A stretch of DNA of 55,330 bases. It comes from Candidatus Levyibacteriota bacterium. Lineage in GTDB: Bacteria; Patescibacteriota; Microgenomatia; Levybacterales; UBA12049. Numbering within the stretch: position 1 is the first letter of the stretch; every line of letters begins with the position of its first letter. Position numbers and translations under genes: made by a program. Below the pieces are notes generated by a model, which made no database searches, was not told where the DNA came from, and saw nothing but the letters and a program-made list of their open reading frames with translations. The stretch spans positions 1-55,330 of the forward strand of contig JAYRIM010000012.1 of NCBI GenBank assembly GCA_041906785.1, in the 5' to 3' direction. Positions 27,081-35,991 of the stretch are shown in pieces.

Positions 27081-28469
27081 ATGGATTCTCAAACCTTTAA
27101 TACACTTCTCCATAAAATCTTTGCACAAGATCCTGAATTAAATAACCTTTCTTTAGAAGAAATTCTAAATACTATCCCAACAATCAACGAATTATCCGCT
27201 CTTCCATCAGGCACACCAGTGTTAGTCCGTACAGATATTGATGTTCCCATTAAAGAAGGACAGGTCATTGATAAGACTCGACTTATTGATTGTTCAGAGA
27301 CAATCAAATTTTGTCGTAGCAAGGGATGGAAAACAATCATTATGGGCCATGTAGGAAGAGATAAAACAAATTCAGCAATGCCTCTATGTCAAACCCTAAA
27401 TGAATTATTACAAGAAAATATTGTTTTTATCGAAAATTGGTTAGACGAAACAGCCAATAAGCTCACAGATGAATGTGTACAACAAATTTCCCAGGCATCT
27501 GCGAGTAGCATCTTTTTATTAGACAATACAAGAAAATATGATATTGAACGTGCGCTTTGGAAAGCAGATGACTCCAACTTTTCTAATATAAGTCAACACA
27601 TGTATACAATCAGTAAAGATATAAGAGAGAGACTCACAGCAATTGAGATCAATGAAGCATTTGCAGCATCGAATATGGATTTTTCTTCTGTAGCAATCCC
27701 TTTACTTATGGAAAGAACAGCAATGGGATTTTATATTGCAGAACAGATGCAAACGCATATTCGAGCAGTGCGTACAGCAAATTGTATCGTATTTAGCGGT
27801 TTAAAAATGGATAAACTCGATGATTTAGAAGGTATTGTTGAAAGAGATAAACTTATTATGATAGTTGCAGCAGGTGCAGTAGGTATGGTCCTCCAAAAAG
27901 CACGAGCAGATCTGAAAGGACAACCGTTTTCAGCAGGAATTGCGGAAACGGATCCTACAAGTAAAGCATTTATTGAACCAAAGCGGGTCGAACAAGCAAA
28001 AAGAATTATTCAAACCTGCGAGAAAAAAAATATTGCTCTCATACTTCCCATTGATTTTCTTCTTGATAATGGTGAAGTTAATAAAGAAATTCCCGAAGGG
28101 CACCTCCAACTAGATATTGGTCCTGAATCCCGAAAACTCTTCGCACAAAAAATTCGTGAATATATACACTTAAGCAAAACAACGAATGAACCTTTTGCTA
28201 TGTTCTATAGTGGAGTATTTGGCAAATTCGAAGATCCACAATTCGCGGAAGGGACAAAAACATTTATTCCATTATTAAAAGAAATGACGCAAGCAGGTAT
28301 AAAAACATATGTTGGCGGAGGAGAAGGCCGGTTAGCGCTTATCAAATATGGGTCTGAAGATGATGTAACGTATGCATTTACTGCTGGAGGGACTGTACTA
28401 ACTTCTTTAACCAATAATCACATCCCCTATCTTAAAGCAATGTATCTTCAGAATACGTTTAAGAAGTAG
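27081..28469 (+). CDS. pgk: Phosphoglycerate kinase (divergent, extended)
   Basis: 'VLVRTDIDVPIKEGQVIDKTRLIDCSETIKFCRSKGWKTIIMGHVGR', 'LLDNTRKY' and 'GGGEG' follow the order of PGK motifs. Its start is 2 nt after the fba stop. Confidence 0.7.
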   Translation: MDSQTFNTLLHKIFAQDPELNNLSLEEILNTIPTINELSALPSGTPVLVRTDIDVPIKEGQVIDKTRLIDCSETIKFCRSKGWKTIIMGHVGRDKTNSAMPLCQTLNELLQENIVFIENWLDETANKLTDECVQQISQASASSIFLLDNTRKYDIERALWKADDSNFSNISQHMYTISKDIRERLTAIEINEAFAASNMDFSSVAIPLLMERTAMGFYIAEQMQTHIRAVRTANCIVFSGLKMDKLDDLEGIVERDKLIMIVAAGAVGMVLQKARADLKGQPFSAGIAETDPTSKAFIEPKRVEQAKRIIQTCEKKNIALILPIDFLLDNGEVNKEIPEGHLQLDIGPESRKLFAQKIREYIHLSKTTNEPFAMFYSGVFGKFEDPQFAEGTKTFIPLLKEMTQAGIKTYVGGGEGRLALIKYGSEDDVTYAFTAGGTVLTSLTNNHIPYLKAMYLQNTFKK

Positions 28470-28472
28470 TCG

Positions 28473-30089
28473 TTATCTTTTTAATTTGTGATACGTTTTA
28501 ATCAAAGTGTTTGTCGAGCTGTCATGTTTTAAAAGAGAAGTGCTGTCTTTTAACTCAGGCACTATTTTCTTTGCTAACACTTTTCCTAATTCTACTCCCC
28601 ATTGATCAAAAGAGTTTATTCCCCAGATAACTCCTTGTACGAAAATTTTATGTTCATATAACGCAATCAATTCTCCTAATGACTTTGGAGTAAGCTTGCG
28701 TGAAAGTAATGTATTCGTCGGATGGTTACCTTCGAATGTCTTATGAGGAATTAATTTCTCCTCTACTCCTTCTGCTCTAAGCTCCTCCACTGTTTTTCCA
28801 AAAGCCATCGCTTCTGTCTGAGCGAAAAAGTTTGCCATAAGTTTCTGATGATGATCTCCAATCGGATGCAAAGGTTCAGCAAACCCAATAAAGTCTGCAG
28901 GGATTAACTTCGTTCCTTGATGAATAAGCTGATAAAATGCGTGTTGGCCATTAGTACCTGGTTCTCCCCAAATAATTGGTCCTGTTTGATAATCAACTTT
29001 TTCTCCATCTTTCCTGACTGACTTCCCATTACTTTCCATATCTCCTTGTTGGAAATAAGCTGGAAAACGGTGAAGATATTGATCATATGGTAATAATGCA
29101 TATGTTTCGCATCCAAAAAAATTGTTATACCAAATTCCTAATAAAGCGAGAACCACTGGCATATTTTCTTCAAACTTTGCTGTACGGAAATGTTCATCCA
29201 TACTATGAAATCCTTCTAGCATGTTATCAAAATGTTCAGGTCCAATCGCTATCATGAGAGACAATCCAATAGCGCTGCATAATGAGTATCGTCCTCCAAC
29301 CCAATCCCAAAAAACAAACATGTTCTCAGGATTAATGCCGAAAGCTTTGACTTTTTCCATGTTTGTAGACAATGCGATAAAATGTTTAGATACCGCTTCT
29401 TGACTGTGTAGTGCTTCTAAAAGCCACTTTTTAGCTGTTTCAGCATTTGTCATGGTTTCTTCTGTAGTAAATGTTTTAGACGCGATAATAAATAATGTTT
29501 CTTCTGGGTTAAGATCTCTCGTGCTTTCATAAAAATGCGTAGCATCAATATTTGAAAGAAAACGGACTGTGAGGGAACGCTCACTATAAAACTTTAACGC
29601 TTCATATGCCATAACAGGACCAAGGTCTGATCCCCCGATACCGATGTTCACAATGTTTTTTATCGGTTTTCCTGTATACCCTCTCCATTCTCCTACTCTA
29701 ACTTTCCTTGCAAACGTTCGCATTTGCTCAAGCACTCTATTCACGTCAGGCATAACATCAGTACCGTTAACGGAAATGGGGTTATTCGAACGATTACGAA
29801 GCGCGATATGAAGAACTGGTCGATTCTCTGTGGTATTTATGGCTTTTCCAGAAAACATTGCATTAATTGCTTCTCGAAGTGATACTGACTCTGCAAGCTG
29901 TAATAATAATCGAAGCGTTTCTGAAGTAATACGGTTTTTCGAGTAATCTAAATACCAATCTCCTACGTGTAAAGTAAACGTTTCTCCTCTATGCTCATCG
30001 AGTGAAAATAAGTCGCGTAGATGTTGATTTCGAATCTGCTGATAATGGTTTACGAGGATTTGCCAAGAAGAAACTTTATCGATACTCAT
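28473..30089 (-). CDS. pgi: Glucose-6-phosphate isomerase
   Basis: '[11 protein letters not shown]', '[14 protein letters not shown]', '[18 protein letters not shown]' and '[12 protein letters not shown]'. Confidence 0.95.
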   Translation of the reverse strand: MSIDKVSSWQILVNHYQQIRNQHLRDLFSLDEHRGETFTLHVGDWYLDYSKNRITSETLRLLLQLAESVSLREAINAMFSGKAINTTENRPVLHIALRNRSNNPISVNGTDVMPDVNRVLEQMRTFARKVRVGEWRGYTGKPIKNIVNIGIGGSDLGPVMAYEALKFYSERSLTVRFLSNIDATHFYESTRDLNPEETLFIIASKTFTTEETMTNAETAKKWLLEALHSQEAVSKHFIALSTNMEKVKAFGINPENMFVFWDWVGGRYSLCSAIGLSLMIAIGPEHFDNMLEGFHSMDEHFRTAKFEENMPVVLALLGIWYNNFFGCETYALLPYDQYLHRFPAYFQQGDMESNGKSVRKDGEKVDYQTGPIIWGEPGTNGQHAFYQLIHQGTKLIPADFIGFAEPLHPIGDHHQKLMANFFAQTEAMAFGKTVEELRAEGVEEKLIPHKTFEGNHPTNTLLSRKLTPKSLGELIALYEHKIFVQGVIWGINSFDQWGVELGKVLAKKIVPELKDSTSLLKHDSSTNTLIKTYHKLKR

Positions 30090-30283
30090 ACTCCACCATA
30101 CATTATAACATCTCTCATTCTCTATTTTATAAGCATTCCTCTTTTTCAGACTCGTTTTTTAAGCCGTTTTCTCACTTTTAGCCTCGTTTTGTCAGTTTGA
30201 TGTCAGGAAAAAATCTCTTTTGCGTCAAGCCCACCCTTAGGGTTAATGAGATAATGTCTCCATTCCGCAAAAGGAATTTTTTT

Positions 30284-31429
30284 ATGCTAGACAGTCAACA
30301 ACATATCGCTGCCTCAAGAGCTGGGTATAAGATGGATTCGCCGCAATTAGTACGCCCAGCCAACACTTTAACACAAGAGCCCCACTTTCCTCAACTCCCA
30401 AGAGTTGTAAAAGATGTTGCAGGGTTAAATGGAAATATGCAAGGAGTTGAAATGTTACGAAATGGCACCTCTGGGGTACAAGTTGCACGAGTAGATACGA
30501 CAGATGGATCTATGGTGTTGAAGTGGGATCTTAGGCATCCTGAAAGAGTAAAACGAGAACTTGAAGGCTGGCAGAGATTACAAGGTACTCCTTTAGAATC
30601 CTGGTTACTTCCTATCACATTTGCTTCCTTAGATAAAAGCACTTTTGGTATGCCACATTTTAATGGAGTTGAGTTACGTTCAGGCATAAAAAGGGGAGAA
30701 ATTGATACTCCAATGGCAACAGCAACATTAGATGCATTACTTGACACAAAACTCCAAAGTTGGCAAGATCAACGAAGCAACGGCTTAACCAATAATGGAG
30801 AAATCGTATCTATGCAACGAGAAGAATGGCCAGATACACTTGCTAGGCTTGATGCTGCACTTACCCTGATGGCTGGGAGATATAATGTTAGTAAATATGA
30901 TCTGGTCACGCGTCCAATAATAGTTGCAGATCGTCAACTTCCTGCTTTAGCTGATGTAATTATCCAAACTGATCGAAAACTACGCCAAGAACCTAACTAC
31001 ACTGTTCTTAGTCATAATGATGCTACTGGTGGAAATATCATCGTTAATCCTGATACTGGGGAACGAGCTCTCCTAGATCCTGCATGGGCAGGAAATGGAG
31101 ACCCGGCAGAAGCATATTTCCGGGTTGGTAAATATATTTCTGCAACAACGGCTAGCCGAATCGACTGTCGCGATATACAAGTAACACCTACTGGTCTTTA
31201 TATTGATCTTCACGCAGAGGTTCCCCCAACAGCTATAGCTATGCAAAATTTAGCATTTTCTCGTATGCATGAATTTTCGTCTGCGCTTAATGATCCAAGA
31301 TTTCCGGAGAAAGTAGGAGATTATGCATCAGGATCCTATTTAAGAGAAGCGGCTCTTTCTCCACAAAGAGGCCTTGACGGTGGAATCTTTGCATTAATTA
31401 AAGCTGCCGACGTTTCTGGAGTCCAATAA
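30284..31429 (+). CDS. Aminoglycoside-phosphotransferase/choline-kinase-like (APH fold) kinase
   Basis: Gly-rich loop plus Lys 'NGTSGVQVARVDTTDGSMVLKW', catalytic 'LSHNDATGGNIIV' (HxDxxxxN) and a following 'LLDPAWAG'. By eye it is more G+C-rich than its neighbours. The ATG at 30284 is preceded by AAAGGAA. Confidence 0.6.
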   Translation: MLDSQQHIAASRAGYKMDSPQLVRPANTLTQEPHFPQLPRVVKDVAGLNGNMQGVEMLRNGTSGVQVARVDTTDGSMVLKWDLRHPERVKRELEGWQRLQGTPLESWLLPITFASLDKSTFGMPHFNGVELRSGIKRGEIDTPMATATLDALLDTKLQSWQDQRSNGLTNNGEIVSMQREEWPDTLARLDAALTLMAGRYNVSKYDLVTRPIIVADRQLPALADVIIQTDRKLRQEPNYTVLSHNDATGGNIIVNPDTGERALLDPAWAGNGDPAEAYFRVGKYISATTASRIDCRDIQVTPTGLYIDLHAEVPPTAIAMQNLAFSRMHEFSSALNDPRFPEKVGDYASGSYLREAALSPQRGLDGGIFALIKAADVSGVQ

Positions 31430-31432
31430 TTG

Positions 31433-31981
31433 CTACTTTTGTTTATACTTTGTAACAAGTGCTCGCGCTAATGTTACAATATTTAGACTTCCATACTCTT
31501 TTTCTACATTGCTTGCAAGCTTTTCAACGATATCCATCCATTCCGGAAATCGTCGTTCTTGTAATACCATATCATATAGTGTTGCTGTCTTATCAAATAG
31601 TTTTAGCAATTGAAGCTCAATTGGCTTTTTTAAAATTGTTTGCTTCTCCAAGTCCCAACTACTGTAATTATATTCAGGTAACTTTGGTACTGTCATATTC
31701 TCAATTAATCTTTTGACATTTTCAGGAAGATCTTTTGGAAGTGGGGTCAGGGTATCTTCAACAACATCGTGAAAAAGTAAAGCTAATGCTCCTTTTTCCC
31801 TGATGTTTTTTGGCAATTTCGGCTCTGCAAGAATCATTACGGAACACCAAAGAGGGTGCATAAGGTACGGATTCTCTTCCCCGCTAGGCAATTTTCTCAT
31901 CGTTTTCCCATGCTGATTTGGATGCTCTTGATGAGCTTCCGCAACAAGTTCTATATATTCTAACAGTTTTTTATAATCCAT
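31433..31981 (-). CDS. HD-domain protein, RelA/SpoT-hydrolase-like (small alarmone hydrolase-like)
   Basis: 'AHQEH.NQHGK...ENPYLMHPLWCSVMILAE......ALLFHDVVEDT' parallels the SpoT/Mesh1 HD motif order (H...HP...HD..ED). Confidence 0.55.
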   Translation of the reverse strand: MDYKKLLEYIELVAEAHQEHPNQHGKTMRKLPSGEENPYLMHPLWCSVMILAEPKLPKNIREKGALALLFHDVVEDTLTPLPKDLPENVKRLIENMTVPKLPEYNYSSWDLEKQTILKKPIELQLLKLFDKTATLYDMVLQERRFPEWMDIVEKLASNVEKEYGSLNIVTLARALVTKYKQK

Positions 31982-32283
31982 ATGTTTATTATACTAATTA
32001 TAGATAAATATTACCTTCTCCGCTAGACGTAGTATATCTATTTCAGTATAATATATATGCATGGAATTAATCATTCTCCACCCAGATAAACTGCTAAGAC
32101 ATATTATGCAACGTTTTTACTTTGTAACCTCACAATCAACTACTGAGTTACACTTCTTAACGAAAAGGGGTGGCAGACAGAAGGAGTTATTTAGACAAGC
32201 TTGAATACAATATAAAAACAAAAGTTGTGCGAGTACACAATTGGTCGTCTGTATATACTTTACAAATTAAGGTTAAAAGAAAA

Positions 32284-32913
32284 CTAACTTTTAATATTAT
32301 CAAAGTTTTTCTTAACTTCTGTTTTTAAAAATCCTTTTATATCATCATTTGAAACTTCCCTGGTTGGAATATAGTGAATTGGTTCTTCGATAATATCTTC
32401 AAAATATACAAGGCTTTTAAGTATTAGGTTCCTGTCAAGGCTTGGTAACTTCTGTTCACATTTCACTAAAAGTTCTTCTAAAGAGATCATTTGAAGAATA
32501 AAATATAAATCGACATAATCTTTCATTGCAGCTCTACTCACAACTGCTGATAACTTCATACATCCTATATCAATAACCGATGCGAGTTGCAGATGTTCTA
32601 GCTCAATTAATGGTTCAAGAATTAAATAAGGATCATGAAAAAAGCTCAGTTTAATGTTGTTAATAAGAATCGTAAGAGTATTATTCTCTTCTTGTATTTT
32701 TTGTAGTGGATATTGCTCAAAGGTGGCAAGAACTCTCTTAAATAAACCTTCTGTAGGAAAAGGCCTCGCAGTAAAGAAGTCAAAATCTTCGCTTACTCTA
32801 TGCCCGATCTGTAAAGCAAGCGCTGTTCCGCCAGCCAGATAGTACTCTTCTTTAAATGCGGACAACTTAGGCAAGATCTTTTTTCTCTCTTCATTTAAGA
32901 TATTGTAAAACAT
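32284..32913 (-). CDS. Nucleotidyltransferase AbiEii/AbiGii-like toxin family protein (short form)
   Basis: The N-terminal 'YYLAGGTALALQIGHRVSEDFDFF' is the characteristic AbiEii/DUF1814 GGTAL...HR.S.D.DFF motif. Confidence 0.65.
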   Translation of the reverse strand: MFYNILNEERKKILPKLSAFKEEYYLAGGTALALQIGHRVSEDFDFFTARPFPTEGLFKRVLATFEQYPLQKIQEENNTLTILINNIKLSFFHDPYLILEPLIELEHLQLASVIDIGCMKLSAVVSRAAMKDYVDLYFILQMISLEELLVKCEQKLPSLDRNLILKSLVYFEDIIEEPIHYIPTREVSNDDIKGFLKTEVKKNFDNIKS

Positions 32914-32915
32914 AC

Positions 32916-33194
32916 TTACGTATTTGAAAACTGTATGCGTTCTTGTCTACTCATTGGATGAATATCTAGAAGCAGGGACCAAAGTGTTAAAGACTTTTTA
33001 TTCCATTGGCCATAAGGAATTTGCTGAGCAATTCGCTTAATCTCGTACTTCGTATAAGCTGAGAATAACCAGTCAGTAGCTTGTTTCGAGCCATAATTTA
33101 ATATCTGCGCTATTATCAGTCGTTTATGCTTTTGCAGATCAATCTTGTCTAGGTTATATGACCATAGATATGGCTTTACTACTTCTGGAATCAT
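32916..33194 (-). CDS. Small protein adjacent to the AbiEii-like gene (candidate cognate antitoxin/partner)
   Basis: 92 aa, with its stop 2 nt before the AbiEii-like start. The 'LW..NLDKIDLQKHKRLIIAQILNYG...ATDWLF..Y' pattern recalls small proteins found next to AbiEii genes. This is memory-based and unverified. Confidence 0.35.
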   Translation of the reverse strand: MIPEVVKPYLWSYNLDKIDLQKHKRLIIAQILNYGSKQATDWLFSAYTKYEIKRIAQQIPYGQWNKKSLTLWSLLLDIHPMSRQERIQFSNT

Positions 33195-33201
33195 ACATGT
33201 T

Positions 33202-34212
33202 TTATTTTACTATTATTTCGTACGCATCACAAATAAATGTACGAGTCATAGACATTTTCGACATTTCTCCTTTCAGAATAAGATAGTCCATTGGTGTTTT
33301 AAGACCAATGGATTTGTGAACCCGTTGTGTATTGTAGAATAGCAAATAATTCATGAGTTTGTCATTCAACTCCTTGGGGTTGTAGACGAATTCTAGGTGA
33401 TTATCCAAGAATTCCTCCTGAAGGGAGCGTTGGTAGCGTTCTACAACCCCATTCACCTTACAACAACGAGGATAGATAAACACATGTGGTATGTTCCTTC
33501 TTGCAAGATACTCTTCAAACGCTCCTAAAAACTCTCACCCATTATCTGTTTGTATTGTCGTTATCGGAAATGGACAAACCATCTGTAGCTTCTTGAAAAA
33601 ATCAACAGTATTATGGCTGTTTAAACTTTTGTAGTGATATGAAAAAGCAAACTTTGAAGCAATACTAATTGCTGAATACATATATACTTTTAATTCATTG
33701 ACGTATCTTAGAACAGTATCAACTTGCATGTATCCTACCCGTGCTCCTTTTATCACACCTTTCACTCTTGTACGCTGCTTTCTCAACTCATGCCTTTTAC
33801 GACCAGGATCATGATAGATCCTCCCTTGTCTCTGGTAAAACATCTTGTTTCTTTTAATCACTTTTCCAATAGTTGATTCTTTTATGGAAGAAATACCACT
33901 ACTTTGACAATACGTATCTAACAACGGCTTAATCTTCTCTTTACCGATCCTCGGATGTTCCATTCGTAGTGTACGGATAAAGGCAATAATTCTGTAATCT
34001 GTTTCCATCTCTCGTACCTTTCGTGGTCGTGTTGATTTGGGTACAAGTGCTGATAAGTGATTCTTGTTCTCTTTGTATCTTTTCTTCCAAGTCCAGACTG
34101 TTTTTCGATCTATCTGAAACGCTTTCTTCGTTGCTTTTTCTCCGAACTCATCATAAAACTCAAGAATACGAAGCCGTTCTTGTGCTACCTCACTTTCTGA
34201 AAAGTGGCGCAT
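33202..34212 (-). pseudogene. rve/DDE transposase (IS481-like organisation) interrupted by a single in-frame TGA
   Basis: N-terminal HTH region, D in 'YMQVDTV', D in 'IQTDNG', then TGA (33535-33537). The same frame continues 'EFLGAFEEYLARRNIPHVFIYPRCCKVNGVVERYQRSLQEEF', which carries the E of the DDE triad. The two tracked ORFs (33535-34326 and 33202-33483) are in the same frame. Confidence 0.75.
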
Positions 34213-34403
34213 ACTTTCTATCACAGCATTCACCCCCTTTGGCCTTCGTATTCTACTCGTTAAAAAGAAGATCTTAGAAGATCCTGCTGTACCTATTGAT
34301 CTATGTGCTCTTGATGAATATCTCAATTCTCATTTGTCGAATATGTATCGTAACTTATTCACTGTATAGACTTACGACTTGTTCTTCAAGTATAATCATT
34401 TCT

Positions 34404-35108
34404 ATGGAATTAATTAAGTTTATACTCCACTTTGATGAATATCTTAAAATAATAATAAACACTTTTGGGCCGCTAACATATATTTTTCTTTTCTTAATTA
34501 TTTTCGCTGAAACAGGATTTGTCGTTACGCCGTTTCTTCCTGGAGACTCCCTACTTTTCGTCGCTGGAACACTTGCGGGCAGTGGTTTGCTGAATTTCTG
34601 GCTTGTGTATCTTACGCTTCTTTTCGCTGCTATTCTGGGAGATACTGTTAATTATTGGATCGGACATATGATAGGGCCGCGTGTTTTCACTCGTGAGAAT
34701 TCTCGAGTATTTAAAAAAGAGTATTTGGAAAAAACAAGAGAGTTTTATGAAAAACACGGCGGAAAGACTATTATTCTTGCAAGATTTGTCCCTATAGTTC
34801 GAACGTTCGCTCCTTTTGTGGCGGGTGTTGGAAAAATGCATTACAACACATTTCTTCTCTATAACGTCACAGGCGGATTTATATGGGTTACAAGCCTTAC
34901 ACTCGCTGGTTATTTCTTTGGAGGATTACCAATCATTAAAAATAATTTTGAGTTTGCTGTTATTGGAATCGTTCTGATTTCCTTACTTCCTATGATTATT
35001 GAATATATGAAACATAAACGCGAACCGAAAATGACTGAAAAACAACTGCATAAAGCATCATATAAGAATATCCAAGCCACGTTTAAAAAAGAGCATCTAA
35101 AAGATTAA
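34404..35108 (+). CDS. DedA family membrane protein
   Basis: 'IFAETGFVVTPFLPGDSLLFVAG', 'GDTVNYWIG' and 'KTIILARFVPIVRTFAPFVAGV' are canonical DedA/SNARE-associated motifs. Confidence 0.85.
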   Translation: MELIKFILHFDEYLKIIINTFGPLTYIFLFLIIFAETGFVVTPFLPGDSLLFVAGTLAGSGLLNFWLVYLTLLFAAILGDTVNYWIGHMIGPRVFTRENSRVFKKEYLEKTREFYEKHGGKTIILARFVPIVRTFAPFVAGVGKMHYNTFLLYNVTGGFIWVTSLTLAGYFFGGLPIIKNNFEFAVIGIVLISLLPMIIEYMKHKREPKMTEKQLHKASYKNIQATFKKEHLKD

Positions 35109-35139
35109 CTCCGATTAGTTGGAAACACATATAAATATC

Positions 35140-35985
35140 ATGAAACATTCTTTCTTTCAGGAACAAGTTATTCCCTTGCTTCTTACTTTCTTTACTTTTT
35201 TGGTACTCTGCATACTTCTCTATTTATCCATTGTCGGCTTGAATTTAGTTCCATCACAAGAAAAAATATTGTTGGAATTACGGAAAAGAGATATCCTCGT
35301 CGGATTAACAATATATCTAAAAACATCTGTGGACTTTGCTATTTTCATAGGTAATCTGATGAGAAGTAATCCTGGATGGAAAAACAGAATAGCAATTGAG
35401 ATTGGTACTGCAGCGGGAAATGCACTGGGCACAATTGTGATACTTATTATTTGGAATTTTTTTCGAGAAGTACCGCTTCTTATGGCTATTATGATTTTTC
35501 TTGCTTCTCTAGTACTACTCCGTATGGCTGAAGAAAGTTTTGAAGAATTTGAAGAAGCAGGAAACACAGTTCCACGTTTTTTATTACACCAGTTACATCT
35601 TTTACAGAAAATGCTCAGATTTCCAAATAAAACGTTTGCACCACTTCTCAAGTTTATTTCTCCTAGTGCAAGCTTAACAAATATGAAAGCAATTCCCTGG
35701 AAACAGTTGCTTTTCTTTTCAGCAACTATCCCTTTTATTTTAGGACTTGATGATTTTGCTGGTTATATTCCTTTATTTAATATTATTAATGTCTATGGTT
35801 TTGCAGTCGGTGTTTTTCTCGGCCATATGCTGCTAAATATCGCTTTATTTATCTCACCACATAAAACTGCTGAAGCAGTCAAAAATACATGGGTATTAAT
35901 AATCGGAGGACTAGCATTCGTTATTATTGCAGGATGGGGGTTCTATGAGGTTTATCATATTCTAGTAAAACTTTTTCTTCATTAA
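35140..35985 (+). CDS. Polytopic membrane protein of unknown function
   Basis: About 7-8 hydrophobic helices and no recognised motif. The ATG at 35140 is preferred over the TTG at 35119. Confidence 0.4.
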   Translation: MKHSFFQEQVIPLLLTFFTFLVLCILLYLSIVGLNLVPSQEKILLELRKRDILVGLTIYLKTSVDFAIFIGNLMRSNPGWKNRIAIEIGTAAGNALGTIVILIIWNFFREVPLLMAIMIFLASLVLLRMAEESFEEFEEAGNTVPRFLLHQLHLLQKMLRFPNKTFAPLLKFISPSASLTNMKAIPWKQLLFFSATIPFILGLDDFAGYIPLFNIINVYGFAVGVFLGHMLLNIALFISPHKTAEAVKNTWVLIIGGLAFVIIAGWGFYEVYHILVKLFLH

Positions 35986-35991
35986 GCTGTA

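Noticed and set aside
31982-32283. The 302-nt non-coding gap as a tRNA, ncRNA or IS terminus
   Set aside because: No tRNA-like T-arm (GTTCRANYC), no cloverleaf and no long inverted repeat matching the transposase flank were found. Only very short ORFs (up to 32 aa) are present. It is left unannotated.
33535-33537. The in-frame TGA in the transposase as evidence that the host genome uses genetic code 25 (UGA = Gly)
   Set aside because: TGA clearly ends other genes here, for example at 238-240. The NUDIX gene ends at 6485-6487 within an ATGA overlap with the next start. No other well-conserved gene needs TGA readthrough. The host is code 11; only a foreign origin for the IS remains as a speculative idea.
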